Below are positions 61,509-64,000 of a DNA stretch of 64,000 nt, one piece after another (within the stretch, counting starts at the first letter, position 1; every line of letters starts with the position of its first letter). This DNA comes from an uncultured Candidatus Saccharibacteria bacterium. GTDB taxonomy: Bacteria; Patescibacteriota; Saccharimonadia; Saccharimonadales; AWTP1-31. The translations under genes were made by a program, and so were the position numbers. The stretch lies in contig CAZWJA010000001.1 in assembly GCA_964634445.1 (NCBI GenBank), forward strand, positions 10,343-74,342, written 5' to 3'. Below the pieces are notes generated by a model. That model made no database searches. It saw only the letters and a list, made by a program, of their open reading frames with translations, and was not told the origin of the DNA.

Positions 61509-62746
61509 AGAAAGAGTTCCTCACATTTCCAAGAAGTGCAAAACTCTATCTGGTAAGCCAATTTTTATTGAGTGGCTACTATACTTGGCCATTCTGGTAT
61601 GGATTTGCCAGTGGTAGGATAACAGCTTCGCAGTTCGGTATTTACCTAGCTATTGTATATATCGTTGGGCTTATATCTGAAGTTCCTACAGGTGCATTTG
61701 CGGATAGATATGGTAGAAAACTCAGTGCAGTTATCGGTGCCATAGGTGGTGCGCTAATACCGCTCATTGTTTTTGTTGGTGGTAACTTCACTGCCTATAT
61801 CATTGCTGGGGTTATCTCCGGTATAAGTAGTGCTTTTGTAAGCGGAAGTCTCGAATCGTTAATACGAGATTTGCCGAATATGAGCAAAGAGCTGTATCGC
61901 AAGATTATGGTACAAGACACGTTCTTTTACCAAAGTGGCTTAATTGTTTCGTCTGCCGTGGGTGGTTTTATGTACAGTCTTAGTCATCCTTTGCCATTTG
62001 TAGCACAGGCGGCATCATTTATTCTCGCGGCAATCGTGATTGCGCAGATATCATCCGAAGGTGAAGTTATTGCAGTGCGCGAATCATCAGCAGATACAAC
62101 CAGAAGAACACGACTAAAGGAATATATCGGTAGCACAAAAGAGGGCTTCTTACATCTATTTAAAGCTAAGATTATCAGACCGCTGATTGTATTTGGATGC
62201 ACATTGAGTATTCTGATGTGGCTTTGTATTGAATATATAAATGAAGCAGCAATGATTCATTACGATATTCAGCCAGAATTGAGGGGATTGTTAATTGCGG
62301 GTACAAAAGTGATTGCGTTACTAATTCTCAACACCATCGTTATCAAAAGAGTTAAGACCGATGAACAGAAACTACTATATCTGCTCTTTATGACACTCGG
62401 GGTATTTAGCCTCTACTCACTTGGCGTTAAGAGTATCTTCTTACTAGCCTTCCTCGGATTTAACCTCGTATCGTCCATTAACTCCAACTTTATAAAACCA
62501 ATTCTGCACGATCACATCGAGAGCAAGTGGCGAGCTACTTCAATTAGTGCTTACAGTTTCGTTTCAAACCTAGTCCAAGCTATTGCAAGTGTTGGGGTTG
62601 GCTTTATGTTACAAAAACAAGGTGTGATTTTTGTACAGCGAGCCTTTCTTGCACTCTTCGTTCTTGTGGCACTGCCGGCGTTGCTTATTTACCTGCCGCG
62701 TACTAAGCCTGGAGAAAAGTCCACGCAAAACCCTGTTATCTCCTAA
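61505..62746 (+). CDS. MFS transporter
   Basis: EVPTGAFADRYGRK motif A, multiple TMs. Confidence 0.9.
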   Translation: MKKEFLTFPRSAKLYLVSQFLLSGYYTWPFWYGFASGRITASQFGIYLAIVYIVGLISEVPTGAFADRYGRKLSAVIGAIGGALIPLIVFVGGNFTAYIIAGVISGISSAFVSGSLESLIRDLPNMSKELYRKIMVQDTFFYQSGLIVSSAVGGFMYSLSHPLPFVAQAASFILAAIVIAQISSEGEVIAVRESSADTTRRTRLKEYIGSTKEGFLHLFKAKIIRPLIVFGCTLSILMWLCIEYINEAAMIHYDIQPELRGLLIAGTKVIALLILNTIVIKRVKTDEQKLLYLLFMTLGVFSLYSLGVKSIFLLAFLGFNLVSSINSNFIKPILHDHIESKWRATSISAYSFVSNLVQAIASVGVGFMLQKQGVIFVQRAFLALFVLVALPALLIYLPRTKPGEKSTQNPVIS

Positions 62747-62835
62747 AAAGCGAGACATTCTCATAACATGCCACTTTGTGTCTCATTTATCTTGTTTATA
62801 CCTGTTAAAGAGTTCGTGACCTGTCCGCAGAGCCA
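62743..62835 (+). repeat. Right-end module, copy 2
   Basis: CTAAAAAGCGAGACA...TGTGTCTCATT and GTGACCTGTCCGCAGAGCCA (17/20 match to 57234-57253). Confidence 0.78.
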
Positions 62836-62908
62836 AGCTGGAATAGTCGAAGTCAGAAGAATTGATTCAGTTCTAACTATTTACTTACACAGACTGGAAC
62901 TGAAACTA

Positions 62909-63307
62909 CTAAATCCTTTGCACACCACAGTCATTACAATTTAAGCTTCTGTAACCATTCGAATCGTTTATATAGCGCACCCTTACTCTATCTCCTACTT
63001 TGATAGATGATACATTAACTGAGAAGCTACCATACGCAACTAATCCAGTACTGGTTGCAAATGTGTCTTTGAAGTCTATGGTAATGGTAGAGCCGCTGTC
63101 GCAACTCACTATTTTGATGGGAGTTATATTGCCATTTTTGTCCATCTCTTCTCCTCCAACGCAATCTGTAAATTTACTTGTCACAATGCCCGTAAAAGTG
63201 TCTTGACTTGGTACAGCTTTTCGGTCAATTAGAAATATAGTGATTATGACACAAACGACGGTGAGTAAAGTCAGTATAAATATGACTTTTTTATTTACTT
63301 TAACCAT
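62909..63307 (-). CDS. Hypothetical exported protein (OB-fold-like, Cys pairs)
   Basis: N-terminal TM, IKVGDRVRVRY. Confidence 0.6.
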   Translation of the reverse strand: MVKVNKKVIFILTLLTVVCVIITIFLIDRKAVPSQDTFTGIVTSKFTDCVGGEEMDKNGNITPIKIVSCDSGSTITIDFKDTFATSTGLVAYGSFSVNVSSIKVGDRVRVRYINDSNGYRSLNCNDCGVQRI

Positions 63308-63414
63308 AGTTCAATAATACCATTTATTAAACATTCACTTAGAGCATAAGGGAAGCTAGATTTAATACAGTTTCAACTTCCTATAACGTTATGCATCAAA
63401 TACATTTGGAATAA

Positions 63415-63939
63415 TTAATCTATTAATACAGTCAAATTCGGTAACTTATTCTTAATAGCACTCAGGTCGTTGTTTGATACATTTGGATTTCCTCGTAAAT
63501 CTAGTGTTTCTAAATTCTTTAGATTTCCAATTTCATTCGGTAAACCGGACAGATCGTTATTAGCAAAATTAGCTAGTTTCAGCTTGCTCAGCTGGCCGAT
63601 TTCAGCTGGTATACCAGTCATCTTATTATCCGATGCAATTAAAACTTCCAGGTTTACTAGTTTTCTTATCTCGCCTGGCAATGAACCTGTTAAATTATTA
63701 TTACTGACATTTAGCCTAGTAGCAGCTTTATCGTCTAAAATATTTTGCGAAATTTTAGTTAGTCCTTTATTAGAAAGGTCGATTGTTTTACCGCTGCTTT
63801 TAGCAGAACTTGATGCCTGCTCACTTATTGTTGTACTTGATTTATTATTACCATTGTCTTTTGAGTTATCCTTAGCAAATATAAGATAGCCCATTACGCC
63901 GATTGCTAGAACTAAAACCCCAATTAGAAAATTCTTCAT
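63415..63939 (-). CDS. Exported leucine-rich repeat protein
   Basis: Signal/TM then LxxLxxLxLxxN repeats (IPAEIGQLSKL); ATG 63939. Confidence 0.88.
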   Translation of the reverse strand: MKNFLIGVLVLAIGVMGYLIFAKDNSKDNGNNKSSTTISEQASSSAKSSGKTIDLSNKGLTKISQNILDDKAATRLNVSNNNLTGSLPGEIRKLVNLEVLIASDNKMTGIPAEIGQLSKLKLANFANNDLSGLPNEIGNLKNLETLDLRGNPNVSNNDLSAIKNKLPNLTVLID

Positions 63940-64000
63940 GTTTATATTATACAAGCACCTAGGGTAGAAGTATTTAGTACTTTGTTTAAATCTAATTTGA

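Larger units (their letters stand above)
57254..62835. mobile_element. Integrative element 2 (decayed), tandem to element 1
   Basis: Same left and right end modules; truncated recombinase paralog; ends in GAGCCA. Confidence 0.72.

Noticed and set aside
36406-62835. Tn7-like transposon downstream of tRNA
   Set aside because: No TGT...ACA ends, boxes are direct rather than inverted across the ends, and there are no tnsABC/tniQ genes.

Overview
Bacterial chromosome segment whose compact gene content and style fit a Candidate Phyla Radiation (Patescibacteria) organism, most likely Saccharibacteria. That assignment is an inference; no rRNA marker is present. Bases 1-36.4 kb are backbone: glycosyltransferases, DD-carboxypeptidases, tRNA-Gln, a 2056-aa LamG/double beta-propeller/FN3 surface protein with a MacB/LolCDE-type ABC pair, NDH-2, a UvrD-nuclease fusion, aquaporin, a frameshifted carbonic-anhydrase-like gene, smpB, and a full F0F1 ATP synthase operon interrupted by four ORFans. 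From the CCA end of tRNA-Asn (36405) to about 62835 lies a tandem array of two related integrative elements. Both start with the same ~235-nt structured non-coding module carrying phased GACCTG(G)TTCC-like boxes, and both end in a degenerate mimic of the tRNA 3' end. Element 1 (~20.8 kb) has a large serine recombinase, a capsid-less TerL/TerS/ParB-methyltransferase module, a candidate MBL+membrane defence pair, a strongly structured RNA leader and a 13-gene ACP/FabD/FabF/KASIII lipid cluster, which is unexpected in CPR. Element 2 (~5.6 kb) is decayed, with a truncated recombinase and hydrolase/MFS cargo. All alignments and base-pairings were done by eye.
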